Assembly (NCBI GenBank): GCA_934101225.1
Contig: CAKOQK010000001.1
Coordinates: forward strand, 64,978 to 128,977
Direction: 5' to 3'
Source of the DNA: an uncultured Bacilli bacterium
GTDB lineage: Bacteria; Bacillota_I; Bacilli_A; RF39; UBA660
Length of the DNA stretch: 64,000 bases
In this document: piece by piece, positions 51,532-59,676 of the stretch
Position numbering within the stretch: position 1 is the first letter of the stretch
Layout: each line of letters begins with the position of its first letter
Translations under genes and position numbers: made by a program
Notes under the pieces: generated by a model
The model's input: the letters and a program-made list of their open reading frames with translations, nothing else
What the model was told of the DNA's origin: nothing
Databases searched by the model: none

Positions 51532-52920
51532 TTATAAATTTTCTTTATATAATCTTAATTTTGTAACTAATACTAATCCACAAATAAGCACTAATGATAA
51601 ACCGCCTGTAATAAACATTTTAGTACCTATTCCACCTGTTTCTGGTAGTTCTGATCCTGTATAGTTAATTACTTTAATTTCAGCTATTTCATAAGATGAA
51701 CTATTTGTTTTTCCATTAATTTGAATATCTACTGGACTTGTTAATTTATTATATCCTTCTGGACTAACTACTTCTAATAATTTATATGAATCTTTATCTA
51801 AACCTTCAATTGTAGCGTGTCCTACTTTAATTGTTGCACCAATTTCACTTCCAGTAGCAACTCTATAAGTATTACTTGCTTCATCTTTTAAAACTACTTT
51901 TATTTCATTACCATTTTTATCTAATAATTTAAATTCAGCACCGGTTAATTCAACACCTTCTTTATTAGTTTTAACTAGGTTAAATAAATATGTATAAGTT
52001 GTTGTTTTACTTTTATCAGTTGCAATTTTATCTCCATATTCTAAATATGTTTCGTTAACATTACCACTACCAGCAACAACAGCATCATTATTTAATGTTG
52101 CAGTATAATAAACATCTATATTAGTATTTTTAGGTTGTTTAAGAATAAATTCATTATTAAATTCTACTACAAATGTATAACCTGTAACATCAGTTTTAAC
52201 TATATAGTTAGCACTATCTACAACTTCATCACCAATTTTAACTACTACTGAATTAACATTAAATGTTAAACCTTTATCCATAACATCATATAATACATAA
52301 TTTCCATATCCAGCACCAGTTGTTATTGTAGTCTTATAATTAATAGTACTTCCAATCATATCATCATTTTCTTTACCATAAGTTCCAGTACTATTTTCTA
52401 ATACATTTTTATCTACATTAGGATTTAATGTATTCTTTTCATTAATTATTGCACTAGGATTAGTTGTAGTTAAATGAAGTAATGCTCCTACTGATGAATC
52501 TACTAAGTAGTATCCTAATTCTAAATTATCAAATTTAACAGATGTAGATATTGCTTTTTTAGTCATACTTGGAGTAATATTATTATCTTTTGCATATTTA
52601 TATGCTGCTTCAGCAAACTCTTTAGCTTTTGCCTTATCTACCCCATCTTTCCAAACATAATATTTATCCCCATTTTCATTTTTTACTTCTAAATAATCAG
52701 TTGCTTCATCTAAAAATGCTTTCCACTCGTTTGTTGCTCTATAAATATAATGATTATTAACTTTATCATAAGTTTCTAAATCTAATACTTTATAGATATT
52801 ATAACTTTCATTAACAATTGCTTTGTTAATTGTTATTGTACCTTTTTCTGCCGCACTAACATTTACAATAGAAAGCACTAACATAAATAACATACAAATA
52901 AGTCTTTTTATACTTTTCAT
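51532..52920 (-). CDS. LPXTG major pilin (SpaA/EbpC-like backbone subunit)
   Basis: Signal peptide, E-box-like YKLLEVVSPEGY, and LPETGG followed by a TM helix and a basic tail. Confidence 0.8.
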   Translation of the reverse strand: MKSIKRLICMLFMLVLSIVNVSAAEKGTITINKAIVNESYNIYKVLDLETYDKVNNHYIYRATNEWKAFLDEATDYLEVKNENGDKYYVWKDGVDKAKAKEFAEAAYKYAKDNNITPSMTKKAISTSVKFDNLELGYYLVDSSVGALLHLTTTNPSAIINEKNTLNPNVDKNVLENSTGTYGKENDDMIGSTINYKTTITTGAGYGNYVLYDVMDKGLTFNVNSVVVKIGDEVVDSANYIVKTDVTGYTFVVEFNNEFILKQPKNTNIDVYYTATLNNDAVVAGSGNVNETYLEYGDKIATDKSKTTTYTYLFNLVKTNKEGVELTGAEFKLLDKNGNEIKVVLKDEASNTYRVATGSEIGATIKVGHATIEGLDKDSYKLLEVVSPEGYNKLTSPVDIQINGKTNSSSYEIAEIKVINYTGSELPETGGIGTKMFITGGLSLVLICGLVLVTKLRLYKENL

Positions 52921-52936
52921 TCTCTTTTTTCCTTTC

Positions 52937-55204
52937 TTAGTTAAACTTTTTAAAAGTATTAACTGATATATACAAAATAGGTATTAAAACTAAAAATGTA
53001 CCTATTATTGCTAAAATTAACATTTTATTACTACCAGTTTCAGGCATCATATATCCTGAATAATTAATAAATTTTATTTTCATATCATCTTCTAAGCTAC
53101 TTTTTATTTTATTATCATTAAATTTCTTTATATCTCCATCATTAATTTGATACTTAACACTAAAACCATCATAATTTAATTCCTTAATATTAAAATCAAT
53201 TTTAAAAGGTAAATCCTTAATTGTTATTGATTCATTATTTTTTAATTTAAACTTAGTTTTGCCATCTATAAATGCTATTGATTCATTAGTTTCTTTACCA
53301 CCCGTGTTTCTAATAACTTGATATGTACCATTTAATTGTTTATTTTTATAATTTGCATTTATTTCAAAATCAAATGATTTATTAGTTTTTATATTTTTAA
53401 CAACTTTACTTATAATTAAATCCTTTTTAATTATATTATTTATAATTGTGCTACTCGCTATGTTATGTGTAAGTAACCCAAAATCAATCTTTATATTATA
53501 ATAATTATCATCTAAACTATGATATTCATCAGTCTCTATTTCATGTAATTTATAACTATGTCCTGAAGGAACTTTATTAAATACAACCTTACCATTAGAA
53601 TTTGAACTTGCCGTTAATTTATAATTTTTATCAATATGTTTAGACTCACTCATACAAGAACAATTATCATCATGAATAAGTTCAAAAACTGCTCCTTCAA
53701 GTATTTCATTTTTATAATCTGATTTTTTATCAAACTCTAATGAAGCATAATATCCTTCTATGGTAGGAATCTTAAAATCTAATGTTTTAATAATAGTATC
53801 ATCACCATTTTTAATAACATAACTTAAGGTTGTTTTCTTATTAGTAGAGATAGCATTATTATAATTAAAATTAGGATTTTCATTTTCTAATCTTATTTGG
53901 TATTTAAGTTCATATTCATAATAAGTAATATTATCTTTAACACTTGTTACAAATTTAGAATCTTTTAAATTCCATTTAATTGTCTCATTATCATATGTAA
54001 CTTTATTACCTTGATTATTATAAAACTTAACAAATTCAATATCATCACCCATTGGATCTATTACTTCACCTGCTTCAGATAAAAGTTTTACATTTTCAAA
54101 TATTCCATTAAACGCTTCATTCATTCCCGCTGTATCTGTTGCATCATAATATATGTTTGAACCAATTTTATTTTTTAACCAATTTTTATATCCTTCTAAA
54201 TCATTTTCACCACCAATTTCATACTTAGTTGCATTTTTCTCAATATCGATAACCGAAAAATTACTTTTATTACTTTGACTACGATATTCTGCAATAGTTT
54301 TTAAAGTTCCTCCATCTTCTTTTTTGATTATTCCAACACCTACTGAATGAATAGTTATATTATTATTTTTCATCTTAATAGCCATATTCCTTGCTTTTAT
54401 TGCTCCTCTATCACTATAACTAGTTCCATATAAGCATACTTTTTGATTATTTGAAGTTGTAATTTTTTTACCATCAAAGAAATATCCTTCTTTAGAATCA
54501 TTACTGTTTGCTTTATATGTTGTATATGGATCATATCCGTTATAACCTGATGAAATATAAGTTGTTGGAAAACCATCCGATAAGAAAATAACATGTTTAT
54601 TAGAAGTTATATTAGTAAGCATATCACTAGATGCTTTTAACCCAGCTTCAATATTAGTAAATCGTAAGTGAGAATCTTTATAACCATCAGCCTTAATAAT
54701 TTTTTTAGTACTTGTTTTCATTTTATCTATTAAAGCATCTGCTTCTTCTTGCGTTTTACAATCACTTAAGGAAAATATTAAGTGAGCATCAGTATTAAAA
54801 GCAACAAATCCAATTTTACGAGTTACAGAATTTGGAACGTTTAAAGAAACACTCGCAAACTTTTTAATAAAACTTTCCATCGCTTTAATTGCAGCATCAT
54901 ATTTAGTATCCGTTTTATTTATATCTAAATAATCATTCATAGTATTAGATATATCCATAACTATTACAATTGACATATCTTGCTTTCTAAGTTCTTCTTC
55001 GGTTTTAACTTTTAAAGTTATATCAAAGTAATTTTCTAATTCTGAAGGAGTAATAATTTTACTAATTGTAGCCTTTTCACCAGTTGTAGTTGTACCAATA
55101 TATTTAATTTGTTGTTCATTATTACTTGCAAAAACATTTAAAAAAGGATTTAGTACGAAAATAAATATAAAGAATAGTAAGATAAATTGTTTAAGTTTTC
55201 TCAT
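52937..55204 (-). CDS. Pilus tip adhesin with von Willebrand factor A domain
   Basis: MIDAS-like IVIVMDISNTM and Cna-B-like C-terminal domains (GAVFELI..., GKVVFNKVPSGHSYKLHE). Sorting signal MPETG followed by a TM helix. Confidence 0.8.
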   Translation of the reverse strand: MRKLKQFILLFFIFIFVLNPFLNVFASNNEQQIKYIGTTTTGEKATISKIITPSELENYFDITLKVKTEEELRKQDMSIVIVMDISNTMNDYLDINKTDTKYDAAIKAMESFIKKFASVSLNVPNSVTRKIGFVAFNTDAHLIFSLSDCKTQEEADALIDKMKTSTKKIIKADGYKDSHLRFTNIEAGLKASSDMLTNITSNKHVIFLSDGFPTTYISSGYNGYDPYTTYKANSNDSKEGYFFDGKKITTSNNQKVCLYGTSYSDRGAIKARNMAIKMKNNNITIHSVGVGIIKKEDGGTLKTIAEYRSQSNKSNFSVIDIEKNATKYEIGGENDLEGYKNWLKNKIGSNIYYDATDTAGMNEAFNGIFENVKLLSEAGEVIDPMGDDIEFVKFYNNQGNKVTYDNETIKWNLKDSKFVTSVKDNITYYEYELKYQIRLENENPNFNYNNAISTNKKTTLSYVIKNGDDTIIKTLDFKIPTIEGYYASLEFDKKSDYKNEILEGAVFELIHDDNCSCMSESKHIDKNYKLTASSNSNGKVVFNKVPSGHSYKLHEIETDEYHSLDDNYYNIKIDFGLLTHNIASSTIINNIIKKDLIISKVVKNIKTNKSFDFEINANYKNKQLNGTYQVIRNTGGKETNESIAFIDGKTKFKLKNNESITIKDLPFKIDFNIKELNYDGFSVKYQINDGDIKKFNDNKIKSSLEDDMKIKFINYSGYMMPETGSNKMLILAIIGTFLVLIPILYISVNTFKKFN

Positions 55205-55223
55205 AAAACCTCCCGCTAAGTTA

Positions 55224-55814
55224 TTATATGATTCTTATCTCATTTAATGGATAAATTTTTAAAATAACCTTACCTATTGTGTCATTTTTACTTACAAAAC
55301 CTATTTCACTAGTCCTTGAATCAAACATATTATCTCTTTCATCACTTAATACGAATAAAGAATTTTCTGGTACTTGTAAAGGAAAAGTTACATCTCCATT
55401 CCCCTTTTTTAAGTTTGTAACATTAGGAATATTTATTTTATTTCCATTTACATACACATTCCCATCTATATCTATATTTATAAAATCTCCACTAGTTCCA
55501 ATAACTCTTTTAATAAGTATCTTATTACCATGATAAAGTGAAACTATATCTCCAGTTCTATAATTATTAGTTTTAAAATTTAAAATTAAATTACCATCAT
55601 TAATTATTGGTTTCATACTAGATGATGTAACTTCTATTACTGGCATAAAGATAGTTGTTATAATTGAACCAACTGCTAAAATAATTAATAATATAAATAA
55701 AGTATTTGTAAGTATTTTAGTAAAACTTTTTTTATATTTTTCTCTAGCTATTTCATCTTCAATATCTGAAACAATTAAATCTTTATAATTTAGTTTTTCT
55801 TTAGTTTTTTTCAT
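55224..55814 (-). CDS. Type I signal peptidase (S26A), pilus-locus associated
   Basis: SSSMKP (Ser box), GDIV, KRVIGTSGD (Lys box), SDERDNMFDSR. Confidence 0.88.
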   Translation of the reverse strand: MKKTKEKLNYKDLIVSDIEDEIAREKYKKSFTKILTNTLFILLIILAVGSIITTIFMPVIEVTSSSMKPIINDGNLILNFKTNNYRTGDIVSLYHGNKILIKRVIGTSGDFINIDIDGNVYVNGNKINIPNVTNLKKGNGDVTFPLQVPENSLFVLSDERDNMFDSRTSEIGFVSKNDTIGKVILKIYPLNEIRII

Positions 55815-56136
55815 AATTACTTTTCTTATTATTAAGTGGCTTTCTAATATTATTTATTGTAACTATAGTATCTTTTTTTGTTATACTATTACCCTGTCTA
55901 GCTTCAAGATTGTAAAAATAATCATCGATAGCTTTCTCAGCGTCTTCAAAAAGATTATTAAGCTTAAGTGCTGCTTCTGCAAGTGTTCCTGATTCATCAA
56001 TCTTAATTTTTCGATTATTTAATTCATTTTGAAGTCTTATATTTTCTTCTTCTAATTCTCTAATTCTATTAGTCTGTGCCAGTAATAATTCTAAAAGATC
56101 TTTTCTTTTTATTTTTTTCAAATCTTGTTTTTCCAT
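55801..56136 (-). CDS. Coiled-coil protein, first gene of the pilus operon
   Basis: KRKDLLELLLAQTNRIRELEEENIRLQNEL...GTLAEAALKLNNLFEDAEKA. GGAG RBS. No secure family assignment. Confidence 0.4.
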   Translation of the reverse strand: MEKQDLKKIKRKDLLELLLAQTNRIRELEEENIRLQNELNNRKIKIDESGTLAEAALKLNNLFEDAEKAIDDYFYNLEARQGNSITKKDTIVTINNIRKPLNNKKSNYEKN

Positions 56137-56250
56137 AAGTCTCCTAACATTATTAATAAATCACACTCTTTTAAATAATAGTACTTAAGATCTTGTAATA
56201 TGAATAAAAATTTAGATAAACTAAAAAAAGATCAATTATTGACCTTTTCT

Positions 56251-56349
56251 CTAATATTTATCTTTATTAATTTGTAACATACACATTAAGGTTATTCCTA
56301 ATAATCCACCTATAAATAATCCTATAAAAAAGATTGTAAACATATTCAT
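56251..56349 (-). CDS. Tiny (32 aa) membrane peptide, DUF3789-like
   Basis: Below the track cutoff. MNMFTIFFIGLFIGGLLGITLMCMLQINKDKY with an AAGGAG RBS. Resembles small peptides of Firmicute conjugative elements (from memory). Confidence 0.35.
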   Translation of the reverse strand: MNMFTIFFIGLFIGGLLGITLMCMLQINKDKY

Positions 56350-56470
56350 AAACTTATTTCTCCTTTAATATCCATTATTATTATATTTAATTTTTTTGAT
56401 ATTATTTGTCGAAATATGGAATATTAATAATAAAACTAATAGATTAATATATATTGTATATGTATGATTC

Positions 56471-56562
56471 GCACCTTTTTGCACCCACTTTTTGTTTGTG
56501 CTTGCACCTTTTTGCACCCACTTTTTGTTTGTGCTTGCACCTTTTTGCACCCACTTTTATTT
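56471..56562. repeat. Tandem repeat, 33-bp unit GCACCTTTTTGCACCCACTTTTTGTTTGTGCTT, ~2.7 copies
   Basis: Units start at 56471, 56504 and 56537. The first two are identical and the third is truncated. Confidence 0.9.
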
Positions 56563-56571
56563 TTTAAACAT

Positions 56572-56604
56572 AAAAAAAGAGAAATAACCAATCATTATTT
56601 CCCT
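56572..56604 (-). terminator. Rho-independent terminator after the cohesin-like gene
   Basis: On the minus strand AGGGAAATAA-TGATTGG-TTATTTCTCT forms a stem with one G-U pair, followed by TTTTTTT. Confidence 0.6.
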
Positions 56605-56629
56605 AATTAATACCATTTATTTATAATCT

Positions 56630-57463
56630 TTATTTATTATTTTTACGAATAATAATATATGCTGTTTCAGTTAATAATCCAACAAATAAGATTACTGAAA
56701 GAAGTATCCATTTCTTACAATCAGCATTGTTGCATACAGTTTGATTTGGTTCTTTATTTGAACATTTATCTAACGCAACTTTATTTACTTCAATATCGAA
56801 TTTTATTTTATCTAATCTTTCAACTAATTTTGTTTTATCATCTGAATCAGTTAATGCATTTACAGCTTTTAAAGCAGCATCATAATCTTCACTATTAAGT
56901 GATTTTTCAGCAGCCTCTACTAATTTTGTTGCTTCTTCCAAAGCTTTTTTATTAGCTTCTTCCTTTGCTTTTCTTTCTTCTTCTTTCTTTTTAGCAGCTT
57001 CTTCTTCAGCTTTTATTTCTGAAGCAGTTTTAGCAGGATTAACTTTAATATTATAAGACTTTGTTCCGCCATTTACTGTTCCACCACTTACTGTTGCTTC
57101 CATTTTTGATACTGTAATAGTTCCTGTACCTTCTTTAGTACCTTTTACTGTAAGTGTTAAAACTGTTGATCCACTTTTAATTGGTGATTGAGCATATAGA
57201 ATGTATCTATTTCCATTTTTTCCCATTTGAGTTAGGCCACTACCAATAACAGCATTAGTAACCTGAATATTTCCTGATGCAGCATAAGTTACATCTACAC
57301 CTTCAATTAAGTCACTTGCATTTAATTTAATATAAATTTTAGTTGTATTTCCTACCTTAACTGTATTAGTTCCTGTAATACTTGTTGTTGCTGTTGCAGC
57401 ATAAACATTTCCTGTAAAAATAATAGCAAGTATAAGTATTAATAAATTTTTAATCTTTTTCAT
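56630..57463 (-). CDS. Membrane-anchored cohesin-like surface protein
   Basis: Signal peptide, then a ~120 aa beta-rich module (VKVGNTTKIYIKLNASDLIEGVDVTYAASGNIQV...TLTVKGTKEGTGTITV), a Lys/Glu/Ala coiled coil, three Cys residues and a C-terminal TM helix. Confidence 0.5.
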   Translation of the reverse strand: MKKIKNLLILILAIIFTGNVYAATATTSITGTNTVKVGNTTKIYIKLNASDLIEGVDVTYAASGNIQVTNAVIGSGLTQMGKNGNRYILYAQSPIKSGSTVLTLTVKGTKEGTGTITVSKMEATVSGGTVNGGTKSYNIKVNPAKTASEIKAEEEAAKKKEEERKAKEEANKKALEEATKLVEAAEKSLNSEDYDAALKAVNALTDSDDKTKLVERLDKIKFDIEVNKVALDKCSNKEPNQTVCNNADCKKWILLSVILFVGLLTETAYIIIRKNNK

Positions 57464-57471
57464 ATATCCTC

Positions 57472-58878
57472 CTAATTAAATATCTTGTTACAAATTAATA
57501 CTATGTCAGTAATATCAATTTTATTATCATCATTCATATCAGCAGCCATCATTTCAATTTCACTTAAATTAACTTTATCAAACATCTTATTAGCCATTTT
57601 AACTACATCAGAAATATCTATTCTTCCTGATGCACTAACATCACCTTTAACTATGAATAAGAAATCTTTTACTACTAATTCATTATTAATAATTTGAATT
57701 CTACTTCCTGTACCAACATTGTTTCCAAATAAGTTTACAGTTCTTAAAAATCCGTAATTACTTACAAGTTTATCAATAACTGAAATGTCTAAATTTGTAC
57801 CACTATAAATAATCATTTCTTTTGCCATATTTATTTGAAAATCTTTTCTATCAGAATCATTTTTAACATCTAATTTAAGATTATCAATAATATATTTTCT
57901 TACATAATTACTTGCTTCTTCAAATCTATTTAATGCCTCAGTTTGATATTCTTTAGTATATTTTTTAATACTTGCTATTTTAATTTTAGAATCAATATTA
58001 TTAAATCTAGTATTTAACTTATTACTTGTTAAATCTATTTCATCTATTAATTCACTTAATTTGTTATTTCTATTTGTAATACTTGAATCACTTGTCAAAT
58101 CAGTATTATCAACTATTTCTTTAACTTTCTTTTCTAAAATAGCCTGATATTTACTTTCTAATTTATCATATAATTTATAATAATCTTTCTTTAAAGTACG
58201 ATAATAACTTCCAAAGTAATCTTTAAATAAATCATCATAGTCTTCTAAATGATAATCATTATAAATTGCCATAAATTCATCAGACTTATTAAATAGTTTA
58301 TTAACAATATCTAATTCATAAATATAATCAAATTCACTAATTACCTCATCAATAGTATATTTATCAATATTATCATATATATAATCAAATGCATCACTAT
58401 AATATATTTTTCCTAAAGAAGATATACTAGACTTATTATATTTAGCAAGTTCTCTAATTGCTATAAATACATCTAAATTACCATTTACTCCATAATCTTT
58501 TCTTTCTTCTAAATAAGTTTTAGTTATTTTAAGTGTTTCTTTATAACTATTATAATTATTTAAAAGTTTTGATTTTAATGCTTCTAAGTCATTAGCAGCT
58601 TTAACCTCTCCACTATTTCTTAACTTACTTATTGTCTTATTTAAGTTAGTTTCAAAATCTAAAGAATTAATGCTTTTAACAAAATCTTTGTTAACTAATT
58701 TTTTAGTTGCATTCTTATTTGTATCAGACCATTTTATTAAATCCCCTAATAGCTCATTTACACTTACTTTAGATGAATTAATTCTATTTACTACTTCTTC
58801 TTCAGTATATGTAAGAGCACCTACATTAATAAATAAACATGCTATGATGCTAAATATTAATAATTTTACTTTTCTCAT
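57472..58878 (-). CDS. Secreted protein of unknown function with C-terminal type I dockerin
   Basis: Signal peptide from ATG 58878 (AAGGA RBS). The C-terminus has duplicated segments GDVSASGRIDISDVVKMANKMF and ADMNDDNKIDITDIVLICNKIF. Confidence 0.7.
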   Translation of the reverse strand: MRKVKLLIFSIIACLFINVGALTYTEEEVVNRINSSKVSVNELLGDLIKWSDTNKNATKKLVNKDFVKSINSLDFETNLNKTISKLRNSGEVKAANDLEALKSKLLNNYNSYKETLKITKTYLEERKDYGVNGNLDVFIAIRELAKYNKSSISSLGKIYYSDAFDYIYDNIDKYTIDEVISEFDYIYELDIVNKLFNKSDEFMAIYNDYHLEDYDDLFKDYFGSYYRTLKKDYYKLYDKLESKYQAILEKKVKEIVDNTDLTSDSSITNRNNKLSELIDEIDLTSNKLNTRFNNIDSKIKIASIKKYTKEYQTEALNRFEEASNYVRKYIIDNLKLDVKNDSDRKDFQINMAKEMIIYSGTNLDISVIDKLVSNYGFLRTVNLFGNNVGTGSRIQIINNELVVKDFLFIVKGDVSASGRIDISDVVKMANKMFDKVNLSEIEMMAADMNDDNKIDITDIVLICNKIFN

Positions 58879-59105
58879 AACTATCACATCCTTACGCTTA
58901 AAGTATATAATAAAATTAACGATAAAACAATAAAAAAAGTATGATTTAAATTTTTTTGTTGATATTTTTCATAAATTGAATATATTCCATTGTTATAATT
59001 ATATTTTTTCTTTTATCGATTTATTTATTTATAAACTTTTTTGTTAAGCACATCAAATTCACCTATCTATAGGAATAATATATTTTTTGATTTTATCAAC
59101 ATTTA

Positions 59106-59172
59106 TTGTGCAAATTTAGAGTAATTTGTTGTGCATTTTTTGAGTAATTTGTTGTGCATTTTTTGACTATTT
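59106..59172. repeat. Direct repeat array with 23-bp period (unit GAGTAATTTGTTGTGCATTTTTT; TTGTGCA boxes at 59106, 59129, 59152)
   Basis: Two identical units start at 59119 and 59142, flanked by degenerate copies. Confidence 0.85.
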
Positions 59173-59183
59173 AAATTTCTATT

Positions 59184-59612
59184 TTAATTTATTTCTCCAA
59201 TTGTATAAACATTATCTTTAACTTTACTTCGAATCTCTAATTCTTTATTAATAAAATCTTCAATTAATTTAATATAAGTATTATTTTCATCATATTTAGT
59301 TAAATCAGTTACTAATTTTTGATATTTTTTAGGTATCATATTATCTTGAGATAAAAATAATATTTTTTTATCTTTAATTTTAGATAACCATTTAAGTTCT
59401 AAAGATAATCCAAAGGAAGGTTTATATAAATCAACTATTACTAAATCAGCATTTTTAATTAAATCCTTAGCATATTTAGTTTTATTATTATCACTATAAG
59501 GTAAAATAAAATTTTGACTTAAACAAACACTACTACTTAATACTTTTTTGTATATTAAATTTTCATAATCAAATTTATTCGAATGCATAAAATATATATT
59601 TAGTCTTTCCAT
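59184..59612 (-). CDS. Hypothetical protein, possibly nucleoside 2-deoxyribosyltransferase-like fold
   Basis: IYFMHS...ADLVIVDLYKPSFGLSLELKW pattern. Weak assignment. Confidence 0.35.
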   Translation of the reverse strand: MERLNIYFMHSNKFDYENLIYKKVLSSSVCLSQNFILPYSDNNKTKYAKDLIKNADLVIVDLYKPSFGLSLELKWLSKIKDKKILFLSQDNMIPKKYQKLVTDLTKYDENNTYIKLIEDFINKELEIRSKVKDNVYTIGEIN

Positions 59613-59676
59613 ATTAATCACTATAAAAATGTTATCATAAAATCATATATTTTGCTATAATAACTTTGAGGTGTTT

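Noticed and set aside
55224-55814. Catalytically dead SipA-like signal-peptidase chaperone
   Set aside because: The Ser (SSSMKP) and Lys (KRVIG) boxes are both present, so there is no basis for calling it inactive.
56407-56413. Spo0A box TGTCGAA upstream of the pilus operon
   Set aside because: It is a single 7-mer occurrence, which is expected by chance several times in 64 kb.
56365-56550. 61-aa ORF MQKGASTNKKWVQKGASTNKKW...
   Set aside because: It is a translation of the 33-bp tandem repeat. It has a GTG start and no RBS, and its internal repeats mirror the DNA repeat.
56471-56562. CRISPR array interpretation of the 33-bp repeats
   Set aside because: The units are contiguous with no unique spacers. 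There are fewer than three full copies, and no cas genes are in the window.
56137-56629. c-di-GMP riboswitch in the pilus leader (also checked 58888-59183 and 48915-49185)
   Set aside because: I could not recognise GEMM-I/II conserved cores by eye. This needs an Rfam scan and is not claimed.
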